33,754 nucleotides of DNA from Octopus bimaculoides (taxonomy: Eukaryota). The stretch lies in NCBI RefSeq assembly GCF_001194135.2, contig NC_068983.1, positions 110,465,128-110,498,881 on the forward strand, written 5' to 3'. A program made the position numbers and the translations under genes. The number at the start of each line of letters is the position of its first letter. Positions within the stretch are counted from its first letter, which is position 1. Below are positions 1-13,190 of the stretch, in pieces. Under the pieces are notes generated by a model. It was not told the DNA's origin. It worked only from the letters and a program-made list of their open reading frames with translations, and did not search any database.

Positions 1-500
1 CTACCTACGTTACTAACTAAGTTTCTAAGAATAACAGGCGGATGGTTGGATTCTCTGCTGATATAGGATAGTTTGTCGTTTGGTTTACGGTAAGGCTTAA
101 ATATATTCGAATCCAAGTCTAAATTTACGTCTAAGAAATCTCCTTTTTTTAGGTTGGTATCTACTGTAATCCGTAAACCTATCCTTTGGAAGAAAGCTAT
201 AAGATTCTTCCTGAGCTTATCTAGTTCGTGGCCGTTTAAATTATGGGTGACTATAAGACCGTCATCCCTATATAATCCTGCGTCTATAAACGGAAATTCC
301 TGTTTTAGATAATGCAGAATGTAAGCCCACATAAGCGTGCACAATTCCGCCCCATCGTATTCCCCCATCGGTACATCGAAAAGAGAATCTTCACTCTTTT
401 TAATCCAGATGGATCCTTCATGAAAAAGTAGCGATTTTCTTTTCGATTGGTACCGAATTATAAATGATTTATTTAGCGTTGTGAGAATTTTGTAAAGACC
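1..500 (-). mobile_element. Penelope-like element reverse transcriptase fragment (YRDDG-type lineage), frame runs off the window start
   Basis: Manual minus-strand translation: RKSLLFHEGSIWIKKSEDSLFDVPMGEYDGAELCTLMWAYILHYLKQEFPFIDAGLYRDDGLIVTHNLNGHELDKLRKNLIAFFQRIGLRITVDTNLKKGDFLDVNLDLDSNIFKPYRKPNDKLSYISRESNHPPVILRNL. Contains the FDVxMGxYDGAE, YRDDG, DFLDV and KPND..Y....SNHPP motifs of PLE RTs. No stop from about 500 to the edge. Homology is reliable for about 1-440. Confidence 0.92.
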
Positions 501-569
501 CCTGCGTCATTTTAAGAAAGCCTTCATCTTTTATACACATAATTTTTCTTCTCCCTTGTTTTTTACACA

Positions 570-712
570 TATATATATATATATATAATGCGAAATGGAT
601 CAAGAACGCAAGACATCCGGACATATATATATATAGATAGAAAGATAGATAGATAGATACACACACACACACACACATACACACACACACACAAACACAT
701 TTATATGATGCA
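570..712. repeat. Compound microsatellite (TA)n/(TAGA)n/(CA)n
   Basis: Directly visible simple repeats; source of the spurious CV/YI-rich ORF 469-726. Confidence 0.95.
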
Positions 713-1086
713 AATGTACAAAACAAAACCTACAATCACGAAGTGGAAGAATAACAAACAGAATATATTATTTTAACGTTCAAGAAAAACGGAAGTAGTT
801 TTTACTATTTCGAACATATGGGATAGATGAGGAGAGAAAAGGGAAATAAAAACGAAAATAAAACGTGCCTGAACTGAACGGTCAAAACATTCTGGTGAGC
901 CTTAATACTTTTAAGGAAATGGTCTAGTCTAATAAATTCTTAAATGAATGCATTGGGAATACAAACGGTTTCATACAAATGATTCCAAGGTGTGATTAAT
1001 ATTTTAGTTACTTATTTACACTACACTGTTATATCATAAACCAACAACAATTACCAAAGAATAGGATGTCAAACACATATGTATTT

Positions 1087-1455
1087 TATATATATATATA
1101 TATATATATATNNNNNNNNNNNNNNNNNNNNNNNNNNNNNNNNNNNNNNNNNNNNNNNNNNNNNNNNNNNNNNNNNNNNNNNNNNNNNNNNNNNNNNNNN
1201 NNNNNNNNNNNNNNNNNNNNNNNNNNNNNNNNNNNNNNNNNNNNNNNNNNNNNNNNNNNNNNNNNNNNNNNNNNNNNNNNNNNNNNNNNNNNNNNNNNAT
1301 ATATATAATATATATATATATATATACATATATATATGTGTGTGTGTGTGTGTGTGCGTGTGTGTCTGCGTATAGGTATGTATAGATGTATAAGTATATG
1401 TATGTGTGTGTGTGTGTGTGTATGTGTGTGTGTGTGTGCGCGCGTGTGCATGTGT
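1087..1455. repeat. (TA)n/(TG)n microsatellite cluster spanning an N gap
   Basis: Visible dinucleotide runs on both sides of the gap at 1112-1298. Confidence 0.95.
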
Positions 1456-1613
1456 ACAAGAAGAGATTCCATACAGTTTCTTTGTAACAAAGCCACTTAG
1501 AAAATGTGGTTGATAAGTACATATCTTAACCAAAGACGTCTGTCTAATTGTATAAATTGTTTAGTAGCATTTAGAAAATAATATTCCACCAAACTCTATC
1601 AATATATTTTCGG

Positions 1614-1702
1614 TAGAAATTAAATGTGGGCAAACATTCGATAATGCGAATAGTTTCGCCAGATATTTCAGCTTGAGAAATGCTATCCACATTTAATTTC
1701 TA
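1614..1702. repeat. Short inverted repeat (16-bp arms), possible decayed mini-MITE
   Basis: tagaaattaaatgtgg (1614-1629) is the exact reverse complement of ccacatttaatttcta (1687-1702). Confidence 0.6.
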
Positions 1703-3184
1703 TCCCGGTGATGAACTACACGGAACCACATTTATAACGCATCAAAAGCAACACTGTATCGAACAACTCACGGTTGACACTTAAACCCGTGCAATATACT
1801 AGATACCACTAGCGTCAAAATACTAGATAACAAAATAATTGTTAATCTTTCGATGTGACATTTGGAAATCGTCACGACTGTACTGCGTTGGCAAGTATGA
1901 AAATATTAGAAATCAGAACTATCTTAAAAGATTAACAGAAATGAAGATTCAAATAAAACTGCATACTTATGATGTTGCTGATATATCAGCAACACTGCTA
2001 CATCAATAAAGTATATTATGCAGCAGATTCCTGTCTGTGCGCAGTGTACGCTACACAACTCTATTATTTTTTCTTTTAGTACAGATCAGATTGTTCCATT
2101 TCTTGTTGTCTATATTGTGGGCCAACCGGAAATCTTTGCACTAAACAATAAATGAGGGCATGATATATGACATCAACTAAGTTAGATTCCTGTTTAACGC
2201 TTTATCACACTTTGTGCACAGCCTAATTGTTTCAAAGAGTCGATGAAGGAGGCTACCATAAAACATCATGTCCGCTGCTCAGTAATTATGCTAATCTATT
2301 GTTTCGGGCTTGTGTTTTATTTATTGAAGCAGTAAACAGAAAAGGCAAGATGACTACGACTCGATTCTTGAAACTGCTGAGAAGACTGCTGGGTGAATCA
2401 TTGGAAGTTGTTCTGTAACGTGATCTCATAAATCAGCAAATTCATCATCTAACTGACCGACACATGTATGTCTAAATGATGTAAATGCGTAGGTGTATAT
2501 ATGTACATACTTGTGTGTGTATGACAATATGGATTATATATATATATGTGTGTGTGTGTCTGTGTGTGCGTGCATGCGCGTGTGTGTGTATCAATTACGT
2601 TAAACGTAAATTATGAAGGATATTTTAATATTAATGAATACAGGTATTTTTAATGATGTCAATTTCCATACGAAATGCTATACATACTTAATGCAACCTT
2701 CAACGCTTTCTGGCCTCCTTATATCCATTGGACAATAACGTGAGCTCACTTGATAACAAGCTAAGCACATTCCAAAGCATTTTTCCTTATATTCAATAGA
2801 ATATACTTGTGCGACTGCAACAAGCAGACAGAAGAAGAGGATTTTGGAATTCATCGTTTATCTCTTGGAGAAATAGAATATCTGAAATAGAATTGGAAAC
2901 AGCTTTAACCAATGGAACATCCAAATAAAAAATATGCTTATCAATATACATACATATTACTCCCTCATATATATATATATATATATGCTTAATTATTTGT
3001 TATTAAGGTTGGTTATTATGGGCAGTCAGAGAATGACCATTGCTTTTGAACCTATAAATCGCTAAGATGATTAGGCGACGTTTCAGATTCAAATCTCGGA
3101 TGACACATAACGCCTCTAATTAAATAGAGACAGAAAACCCCAAGGTTACATAGTAAATGAAAACTATATATGAATAAACACAAC

Positions 3185-3911
3185 AGATTGGGTCAGTCAG
3201 ATGATGGAGTAGTTGCTAGCGTTTTGCGACACTATCATACTCTCTGGGAGTCCAGATTTGCTGTATATTCTGACAGTGGTTGAGCGTGGGTCTGAAGATA
3301 CTGTGATCAAAACTTTGACATATAAAGATTGCTGCCAACAATGAATCATGGTAGCTATTCTGTGATGGTCTGGGGAGCAATTTGGTGCAATGGTCAATCA
3401 GAGTTGGCGGAGTGTGATAGAAACATAAACTCAGATAAATATGTATCTATAGTGCAGAAAGGACTCCTTCCACTCTTCTCCAATGTTGAAATGATTAAAG
3501 AAGACTCTTTATTTATGGAAGATGTGTATCCTTGTCACACGGCTAAAAATGTCCAAGGTTTGTTAGAAAAAATGGCATTAAAACTTCTATGGCCAGCCAG
3601 TCACCAGATATGAACCCTATTGCACCCTTCTGGGACATAATGGACAGGACGCTTCGTGAAACGAAAAAAAACAAGAAAGCATCGTCAAAGTCAGATATTT
3701 TGAGATTACTGCATGAAACTTGGCAAGAAATTCTCGAAAAGAATATTCGTCATCTGATCAGTAGCATGCCTTATAGAATCCTTCATTGAAAAATCCAAAG
3801 GGCATGTCTACTAAATATCAAATATTCACATAATAATTAATAAATAAGTTGAATGCATAATTTCAGATTTAAATAAATTTTAATGATTATAAGGGTATCT
3901 ATTTATGTCTG
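3185..3911 (+). mobile_element. Tc1/mariner (Tc1-type DDE) transposase pseudogene fragment with probable right end
   Basis: Frameshifted pieces read ESRFAVYSDSG*AWV*R, LPTMNHGSYSVMVWGAI, FMEDVYPCHTAK and WP-SQSPDMNPIAPFW, matching the Tc1 motifs SDESRF, VMVWG, FQQDNAPCH and WPSQSPDLNPIE. The end ...tgtctg|TA at 3911-3913 resembles a Tc1 terminus with TA target. Confidence 0.9.
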
Positions 3912-4389
3912 TATATGAAAGTGCATCTATTTTATAATGGAAAAAGCTGCTTATGAATTAGGTATGTAACAGCTACTAAAGGTACAAAAACAAAGCAATT
4001 ATTAAAGGGTTGACCGTCTGGAAATATTTTTATAAATTCATATTCTATATAATTTCATATAATTTCGATTTCTCAAGTTTACAGAAATTTTTTAATTCCA
4101 ATTTTTCGCAAATTTAAATATTCATTGCATTCTTTCGTCCAGTTCCTCACAAATTTCAATGTTCATTACATTCAGTACGAAGTATTCCATTTTCATTTGC
4201 AAAGTCTCTCACTTTCTCTTTCAATGTTTTCGTTTTAAATTAATTTTCACTAATAGGAAAACTGACAATTTATTCTATTAACGTATACGTAATGTAAAAA
4301 CATGATTTACTGAATGAAAACTTTAAAAAATACATCTTTAATTTTGGTAAAACATAATCTTAAAATGATTTTGTAGTTATAGCTGTTTG

Positions 4390-4985
4390 GAACGCTCTGA
4401 ACCTTACGAGAATAACTATCCGGACCAATTTTGGCGATTTTCTTTTATAACGTAAAAACTATGGGAGGAGACTTTTAGGTAAAAAATAAAAAAAAATTAA
4501 AAAAAGGCAAATTGTATATATTTTCAGAGAGAAAGGTGAATAATTCAAGGGAGGTTTCGCTGCTGTTTCTAGAAAAAACCCACAGAATCCTCACTTTTCA
4601 CCAGGGTGTAAAAAGAAAGTTTTCAAACATTTTTTCATGCATAGATGCCTCCATTTCGAACGCTGCGGTTAAAAAATATGGGGAAAATCCCGAAAAAATT
4701 TTCCCCACGAATTCCATTTCTTTATAATCGCAATCTGTGCTGTTTGGAAAAGATTTGTATAATCTTTCATTAAAAGATACCCATTTTCCTGAAAGTTATG
4801 ACGGGGTAAAAGTCAAATGGTGTGAATTTTACGAAACTTCTCTTTCCACCCCTTCAGAAAACTTATTTCCCATAAAACTCTATATACTCTGAAGCCACAA
4901 CATCTAAACGGTATTTGTCGGAACTTGTTTTAAAATGTATCCATTTCTCTGGATGTTATGAGGCCACAAATTCGGGGGCGTGTAC
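4390..4985. mobile_element. Possible non-autonomous DNA transposon terminal fragment (unclassified)
   Basis: Non-coding, homopolymer-punctuated composition typical of subterminal regions. No TIR pair or TSD could be confirmed. Confidence 0.2.
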
Positions 4986-5064
4986 ATTTGTAGTAATACC
5001 CTTTTGTTTATAAGATTTATTCATTTACTGTTTATTGTATTCATTGTTTGCAATGTTCTCTCCC

Positions 5065-5067
<3 letters not shown>

Positions 5068-5100
<33 letters not shown>
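5068..5100. repeat. (CT)n microsatellite
   Basis: Directly visible. Confidence 0.95.
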
Positions 5101-5104
<4 letters not shown>

Positions 5105-6176
5105 CACACTGCAAAGCTTATAGCTGGGCTGCTGAATTGAAATCTCTATGTTGTGTTGAAGGGAAGGTAAAACTTGACAAACTGCTTCTCATACTGTTAC
5201 TGGACTAGCGTTAAAAAAAAGAGAGATTATGACTGTGATAAAATAATGAAAGAAATATTTACTAAGCACGTGAGCACTATTATACAAAAAATAATTAGAC
5301 GTAAAATATCATTAAAATCATTAAAATTGCGAATCAAACGTGAACATATTACCAAGTGGCCAGCCGGAAACCGCCCGGAAGGCGGTGTTTCTGTTAGTGA
5401 CTAACTATGAACATATAAACATGATAAAGACATTATTCAAAATATTTGACCATATTTTACCTTTCTTTGCAGCGATCAAGTGTTGTAGTGAAGAAGGGCT
5501 TAAGAGATCATTATATAAGAAACTCTTACCCTTATGACAAATGCTTCTTGTTGCCATTTAAAGAAACATATTTACTTAATAGGTAATAAAAAAACAGACA
5601 ACTTTCTATCTATTGATTTCCACTTAAGTAAACAACAGCTGTATATGACGGATAAAAAAATCGCTCACCAGCTACGTATAATCAACAAATATTCATATAT
5701 TGAAATTTAACACCTGCACGTACTATTTGCATGTTTGAAGATTTATATTTATAATTCTTTCCAAAGAAGGTCAATTAAGTTTAGTCTGAAGAAATAGTTT
5801 GTTTTTACATTTGTCAGTACCACCTGAAATCCTGGAAATTGCTTCCCAGTGGATTGAGTAAGATACTAATATAACAAAATTTATCATGTATGAAGTTGTA
5901 AGTTTAGTGTTTTTAGACAATGGCACATACACGTGTAATTCATCCAGTTGTTCACTTATGGTAGAGGATTTGTAAAATATTTTGCAGCTCAGACAAATGA
6001 AAAAAAAAAAAATAATAATAACTTGCAACATTTATGCTTCAATTCTATGATCTGAGTTCACATCCTAGTTAAGTAATAACTCAAAGATTGTGCTAAATTT
6101 AAGACAGAACTCAAAATATGGTCATGAATAATAAAGTTGCTTTCGAATTTCAGAAGAAAGTGAATTCATCCTTTGA

Positions 6177-6400
6177 GCTTAGGGCACCAAGCTAGCAGGA
6201 TCGTTACCACGCCGGGAAAAATGTGTAGCAGTATTCTGTCCGGATTTACGTTCTGAGTTCAAATTCCGCTGTGATCGACTTTGCATTACATTCTTTCGTG
6301 GTCAATAAATTAAGTACCAATTGAACACTGCAGTCAATATATTCGACTTCCATACTCCTCCTAATTTCTGGCTTTGTGCTGAAGTAAGAAAGAATATACT
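6177..6400 (+). mobile_element. tRNA-derived SINE, family A (diverged copy)
   Basis: A-box-like agctagcaggatcg and B-box gagttcaaattcc, followed by a body (gatcgactttgcattacattctttcgtggtcaataaattaagtacc) shared with the copies at 13708, 13905, 17480, 20055 and 30415. Confidence 0.8.
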
Positions 6401-8578
6401 CAAGAGAATTCTAATGTAGTTGGTAGTTTTACTGGGCTTATAACTGTGGTGGGAAAGGGGGAATATCATATCTTCAACGTAGAATCTTGACCGTTTACTT
6501 GTCGGAAGTTGTACACCCACAAAAGACACCCAAGGACCAAAGCGTAGGCAAAACTGAATGACTTATTACGCTTATCATTCAAATAGATCAAGGTGTAATT
6601 TGTACTCAGAATGAAAAGAGCTGGAACATATATCACAATTTAACGCCCACCGTGCTCTGTTTTTCGAAGCTCATGACATTTATTTTATCAACGTCCTGAA
6701 AATATAATGTTTGTTTCATTCTTCTGACTTGTTTTGTTCATTATACCATATCTGTTTTAACATATAATATTTGAATTCTTCTGTTAGCAAACATAAGTTA
6801 TGTGTTTCTTATGGTTTGGGGCAGTTTCATAGACTGCGTAAGTTGTAATCATGCTGCACCTCAGCCTGGTGTTCCATGGTTGCATTGTATTTCTTTAAAC
6901 TATTGAATGAGTGAATACATTTAGTGGGTCAATAGACTAATCGCGACTGATCTCAACCCACTGTAACAACCACAAAAAGATCAGTTCTAGACGTAAGATT
7001 TAAACATGTTCAACAGAATTGTTTTAAAGATCATATGGTTGCACTGAATACACCTGTTTATTCCCGAATAAAATGTTTATCCAAAGATTTATAATACTAA
7101 AACTACTATATATACATTTATAAAAATAGCCATCATTCTCTGTTAGAAGATGTTGGTTTTATAATTTCATTATTTGTATATTTTACTTTTATGAACCTAA
7201 CATCATTGACTGACCTATTAATCATATTTTATGAACTTATGTTTCTACAGCATCAACGAGTAAAGTGTTATAGATATACGGCAACTATAACAGTAATTAT
7301 AATAGAAATGTATGAAGGAATTAAAATGGCGGATTTTAATTCAATAAAATTCAGTTATTGATTGCAAAGTTTGAAACAAACCGTTGGAAAGATTATAAAA
7401 AAATTTTAAAAACAGAACATATATTATGCGCTTTTGCACAAAAAGCTGTGGGCAAGTAAACTTTGCGAACCAATTTCGTTTTTAAGTCCATAGCAATTAC
7501 TCCACTTATGCCCCTTAAAATGCATGGACATCACACAGTCACATTCCACTTTACAAAAGAAATGTGACTTTGAGCCTAATTAAGGAATTCATAATTAGGT
7601 TATACAGCCGAAATGTTAATTCCATTAATTAAATTTCTTATTATGAGTAAACTATAGAATTATCAATAAATAGAATTATATATTAGCTTACAGTCAGGCG
7701 ATTCGGTAATTAACTAAGATACGCATATTATCAAATCAGATAATAATGGCCTGTTTCACATTGTTCCAATTAATTCCACCCAGTTCTATAAAACCAAAGA
7801 ATTGTAATAAATTTAATTGCTTTCCATTTACCTTATTCTTGAACATACCTAGTTTTCATGAACTCCAATAAAAATGTCTGTCTAGCATTATATAGTATAT
7901 CAGTGGATATATTTAAGCTTTACATTATTTCGATATACCAATTGTTCACATCGCATAACGAAAGTTGATTAATAAATAATATCAATACTTCGTAAACAAA
8001 TTATGAGTCTATACACTATTTTATAGAATATTTCGGAAACGAAGATATGCTACATTGAATAAACATTTTATATCTGTTGAAGGAACAAATACCTAGGGTA
8101 TATCGCATACGCTGTAATGTAGTGATATATATGCTACGCCATCCTAATTCGAACGACATTAGAAAATGCTTATGTGTCTTAAATCTTTATTTACAATAGA
8201 AGTTTTGATTAGTCAGTGCTCTCATTCAACACTGCCACCACGACACCTTTAATTAGTTCAAACTGGTCAACAGTTTCTATTTTCCTCTCTTCATCAATAT
8301 GTAAAACTTTGTAGACAGGTGTGTACATGTAGATGTCTCAGTTTCAGGTCATGGGATTGTTTTTAAAGATTCACAGAATAGAAGTATGTAGGTACAGGAG
8401 GATTTTGGTCAGTGGATGTATTATAGGTTTTAGGGTGAATTTCCACGCAGGAGAAAATATAGGCAAATTTGTTGTTGAAAGTGCACCTAAATTTGAAAAA
8501 CTTGTAATTGTTTAAAATAAATGTATTTACATATATACCAAACTAGCTTCAACAGTATTTTTTGTTTATCAATGGTAA

Positions 8579-8719
8579 AAATTTAGAATTATGAATTAGA
8601 AAAACATTTTTAAAAGTTTCAATGTTGACAAATTTAGATGTTCATAACAGACAAATTTAGAATTATGAATTAGAAAAACATGTTAAAAAATTTCGATGTT
8701 GACAAATTTAAATGTTCAT
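8579..8719. repeat. Two-copy 74-bp tandem duplication
   Basis: aaatttagaattatgaattagaaaaacat...gttgacaaattta.atgttcat starts at 8579 and again at 8653. Confidence 0.85.
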
Positions 8720-8799
8720 GAGAGTCAATAGTATTAAAACTGTACACCATTTTGTTTGAATGTGTAAAGCTCATTAGTTTTAGTAGCGATCGACAAGAA

Positions 8800-9730
8800 A
8801 TGAATATCATCAAAGTTTCAGTCATACTGAGTTAAGAATGAAAAAATAAAGGGAATAAGGAAGATAAACAAAGGGATTTGGTTTACAATTTCTCTGATCC
8901 TCTTTCCATCGTGTGTAGGAACTATCGCTTGTAGAATTGTGTTTTGGAATCCGGTCTTTTTATAATTTTTCCGCGAGCGAATCTGATTTTTAATTCGTTA
9001 AAGTACTGATGATGTCTTGTTTTTCCCGTTGGTCAAGTTTCTCGTTCTGCTTGGTTGACTTCCCAGTCGTTCCGGTTGGTTGATTCTCTTAAAGGGTCAT
9101 TTTCTTGTATTTACTGAAGTTCAGTTTTGATTGGTCTAAAGTTAGGTGACGTTAGCAACTCGTGTTTGTAAAATTTCATTGGTCCAGAGATAGGTGTTTG
9201 TATGGTGATTTAGAGTTGCGGTTCGAAACCCGGGTGGAAGACTGTTACTAAAGTTTTCAAAATTGTTTGTTGTTCCTGGTTGTTTTTTGTGGAGAAATTC
9301 AGTCTTTTCCCCTTTCCTCTAGGGTTTTTCGTCTTTCTAAAGAATATTCAGCTGTGGTTTATACTTTTTAATGCTTATGCTTTCTTTATTTAAACGGAGT
9401 TGGGTTGAAGTGTTTCTGGTGCATTGATAGAGAAGGAAAATTTGGTATTTCGAGTTTATCTTTACAGGACATTGGTCTAAGTGTTTGCTTAAGGGAATGT
9501 TCCTAGTCGTGGAGTCCTTGATTTGTTGCCTGCGCACCATTAGTCTGTTCATCAATGTTAAACTAGTTTGACCTATGTAGTCTCAATCACATCTTCCACA
9601 TTTGAGAACACAGATTAAATTCTGGGAAGCACAGGTGAAGTGATTTTTTATGGTAAAATTATGACCTGACTTAAATTTGTATATTGAGCCCTCTAAGAGG
9701 AAGATGCAAGTTCCGCAGTTAGGGAGTGTG
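8800..9730 (-). mobile_element. Penelope-like element GIY-YIG endonuclease (3' part) plus downstream UTR, degenerate
   Basis: Minus translation PNCGTCIFLLEGSIYKFKSGHNFTIKNHFTCASQNLICVLKCGRCD*DYIGQTSLTLMNRLMVRRQQIK...LSKHLDQC...KESISIKKYKPQLN matches the PLE C-terminal GIY-YIG domain (FTC.S.NLIY...C..C...YIGQT). Stop at 9337. Left (UTR) boundary uncertain. Confidence 0.85.
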
Positions 9731-10342
9731 GACGAATACGGTAATAATTGCCATACAATACTGGCTGGAAAAATCCAAGATGACATTCGTGACCGAATCG
9801 AAAAACAATTCATCGTTGAAGGAATGAAACTCATTCTACAGAGCAACTTCTTTAACTTCAACAACATCACTTCTCAACAAACTCGGGCACGGAAATGGGA
9901 ACGAAGGTAGCCCTTACTTTTACCAACCTTGTCATGGCATACTTGGAAGTCCATATATGCGAACACACTAGACCGAAATTTGGAAACAACTTTCAAAAAT
10001 ACTAATTCAACTCACCACCTGGAAATGTTACCTAGATGATTGTTTCATTCTGTGGCCACATAACCTTGAACAACTCTCAAAATTAAAACCCTAATCAGCA
10101 GCATTAACCACAGTATCCAGTTCCCAATGGAATACAGCCACAAACAACTACCTTTCCTGAACATCTTGATCATAAAAAGAAATACTGAAATTGGCATCGA
10201 CATCTTCAAACCAACTGACTTAAAGCAATATCGTCTAATCCCCTCCTGCCACCCACAACATACTAAAATAAATATACCTTTCAACTTGGCAAGAAAAATT
10301 TGCATGATTGCATCAAATCCCGAAACCCGTGAAAAGCGACTG
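9731..10342 (+). mobile_element. Penelope-like element RT core (YLDD-type, Neptune/Poseidon-like), inverted relative to the adjacent EN fragment
   Basis: Frameshifted pieces: AIQYWLEK, FIVEGMKLILQSNFFNFNN, GTKVAPTFTNLVMAYLE, WKCYLDDCFILWP, LPFLNILI, KPTDLKQY..SCHPQHTKINIPFNLARKICMIASNPETREKRL. Confidence 0.9.
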
Positions 10343-10344
10343 TT

Positions 10345-10893
10345 GGTTGATCCGGTATTGTGGAGAGAAGGATGTCTGGTTCCTTTTTGAAGACATCTAC
10401 TTCTACCTTATGCAAATTTCTTCACTTTTGTGGCAGAGGATTGAAGAGCTGTGGGATCCTGAACCCTAGACTATTGCAATAGGTGGTCCTGAATTTAGAT
10501 GGAGTGCATGGTACATTTGGTACAATGCAATGGTAGCCAGTCCTGGCATTTCTATAACACTCAATGCCAATGTTAGGAACTAGCTCTTCTAGGATTTTTC
10601 ATATGTATATTATTGCGCGACTTCACGCCTTCGCGCCAGGGAGTGAAGCTGTAGTTTCCCCAGCCTATTCCTGTAGTTCATCCGCTGCACTATTTCAATC
10701 TCTTTAGTGTAGTGGCGTTGGACTGCTTCAATCTCCGCTGTTAGTTTGGCACTATGTGGTAATCATAAAAAGGAGCAGTAGTCAAGGTGGCTGAGAACAA
10801 AGGTTCTCCACAGGGTCAACATAGTTTCTTGGTCACTTGTCTTGAAGGACCTCAGTCTCCATCCTACCAGTTGCCTGCACTTTGCTGTCATCT
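10345..10893 (-). mobile_element. CR1/L2-like LINE, RT C-terminal fragment
   Basis: Minus translation SKMTAKCRQLVGWRLRSFKTSDQETMLTLWRTFVLSHLDYCSFLWLPHSAKLTAEIEAVQRHYTKEI...NYRNRLGKLQLHSLARRRE matches the CR1-type LDYCSQ.W.P...LE.VQR and Y.ERL..L.L.SLE.RR motifs. Confidence 0.85.
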
Positions 10894-10904
10894 TGCTAAT
10901 GTGC

Positions 10905-11041
<137 letters not shown>

Positions 11042-11604
11042 ACATGGAAGTCGAAGGTTTTGTAATTAACGGAGACAACAATTGTATATAACCTGAAGAA
11101 ATACAGCTAGATCCCATTTTACAGGTAGACGAGGATTGCCTAACCCTAGACTTGGAAGTATACTGCAATACTACCGGCTATTTGATAGTTCTAAGGGTGA
11201 ACGAGCTCTATTTTGTACTCTACTACGTTCCTTACGGTACGGAATGAACCTTAAATGTATATANNNNNNNNNNNNNNNNNNNNNNNNNNNNNNNNNNNNN
11301 NNNNNNNNNNNNNNNNNNNNNNNNNNNNNNNNNNNNNNNNNNNNNNNNNNNNNNNNNNNNNNNNNNNNNNNNNNNNNNNNNNNNNNNNNNNNNNNNNNNN
11401 NNNNNNNNNNNNNNNNNNNNNNNNNNNNNNNNNNNNNNNNNNNNNNNNNNNNNNNNNNNNNNNNNNNNNNNNNNNNNNNNNNNNNNNNNNNNNNNNNNNN
11501 NNNNNNNNNNNNNNNNNNNNNNNNNNNNNNNNNNNNNNNNNNNNNNNNNNNNNNNNNNNNNNNNNNNNNNNNNNNNNNNNNNNNNNNNNNNNNNNNNNNN
11601 NNNN

Positions 11605-11642
<38 letters not shown>

Positions 11643-11779
11643 TATGATGGATTTTCCTGTCGTGAACGACAAATGAGTGTTCAGTAAAATAAAGCATTAA
11701 TGTTCTGTGGACATTAATGTAAATAAGCCTTTTCGCAAGTGGAACACATTGAGGACTCAGTTTGCTTGAGTGCTTGTGG

Positions 11780-12770
11780 ATCATTTACTATGTGGTTTCT
11801 TGAGTAGACAGCTATGCCACCTTCACTTCGTGCCACAAATCCGCAATGACAGGGAAGGTTTCTATTTAGACTGTTTTGCCAGCGTGCTTTCATGCTTGCA
11901 CAAAGTTGGTCCCGATAGTAGAATCGACTTCGCTGAAATTTTTGAACTGAGGAGAAGCAGGACTACCCCAGGTCCTACATTCTGATGCCTTGTTTTTCAG
12001 GAGGATAAGTGAATGCTGCATCGCTTCAGATTGTCTTTTAGTTAGTCTTTGAAGCGCAAGAGTGTCCTTCCAGCTGACTTTCCTGTTGGGAATTGGCCAA
12101 AGAGAAGTTGCTTCGGGAATCTGATATCCCTAATACATGAGAGATGACCTGGCCATCTAAGTTGTATTTTGATGAGAATAGCTTCAATATCTGATATATT
12201 AGTACCTCACTGTTATGAATATCGTCACTCGGTTTTATACTGGAGCTAGTACGCAAGCATCGCATAATATGGAAAGCGTCAGTCTGCTTGATATGCTTTC
12301 AGTATAGAGTCCATGATTCAACATCATAAAGCAATGTTGTTGAGACTACCGTCTTATATACGTTAACTTCCACCTTCAATATTACGTCGTGGCTGTTTCA
12401 AGGCCTGCTATAAAGCTTACCGAAAGTGGAACTAGCCTTCCCGATTCTGAACACGATTTCTATATCCATCTTTGCATCATTGGACACATTGGAACTAAGA
12501 TAAGTGAAGGAGGAAATAGTTTTTAATGCTTTTCCATCAGCATATTCAGTGTGGGTAACAGCGGGAAGATGGTCACAAATAGGCAGATAGACAAGCTCAG
12601 TTTTCGTGAAGTTGATGGTCAGACCAAAAGCCTTTGATGAACGCGAGAAGTTGTTTAGAATCCATTGTATGTCCTTAAGAGTGTGTGTTCCAAGTAAACA
12701 ACCGTCTGCAAAGAGCACCAAAATCAATCTTAGTTATTGCTTTGAAGAGCTGTTGGTTGAACGAGGCACT
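11780..12770 (-). mobile_element. RTE-clade LINE, 3' part of RT (degenerate)
   Basis: LFADGCLL.THTLKDIQ..LNNFSRSSKAFGLTINFTKTE, FTYLSSNVS..AKMDIEIVFRIGKASSTFGKL and QLRWPGHL...R.PKQLLFG motifs typical of RTE/BovB-like RTs. Confidence 0.9.
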
Positions 12771-12780
12771 ACCAGTTCTG

Positions 12781-12781
<1 letters not shown>

Positions 12782-12833
<52 letters not shown>

Positions 12834-13082
12834 TCATTTACACACACATGCACATGCACACATATATTCATGCATATCATATATATATATGTGTTTAAAT
12901 ATATATATGCGCGAACATGTGTTATTGCATTAGTAATTATATAGATGATCTTTTATATGCATATATGTATGCTTATGTTTATATATATGCGTGTGTGTGT
13001 ATGTGTGTATATATATGTATATATATGTATATATATATGTATATATNNNNNNNNNNNNNNNNNNNNNNNNNNNNNNNNNNNN

Positions 13083-13123
<41 letters not shown>

Positions 13124-13190
13124 ATATATACATATATGCATGTGTATGAATATATGTTTGAGTATATGCATGCATGTGCCAATAGACCCA
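12782..13190. repeat. (CA)n/(TA)n/(TG)n microsatellite cluster with small N gap
   Basis: Directly visible. Confidence 0.95.

Noticed and set aside
1-500. Selenoprotein-type (Naiad-like) PLE with in-frame UGA recoding
   Set aside because: No in-frame TGA within the RT-homologous segment; stops in the other PLE fragments are mixed with frameshifts, i.e. ordinary decay.
3068-3125. GAAACGTC with ggcg/cgcc flanks on the minus strand, hammerhead-like
   Set aside because: The CUGAUGA equivalent matches only about 4 of 7 positions and there is no clear stem II.
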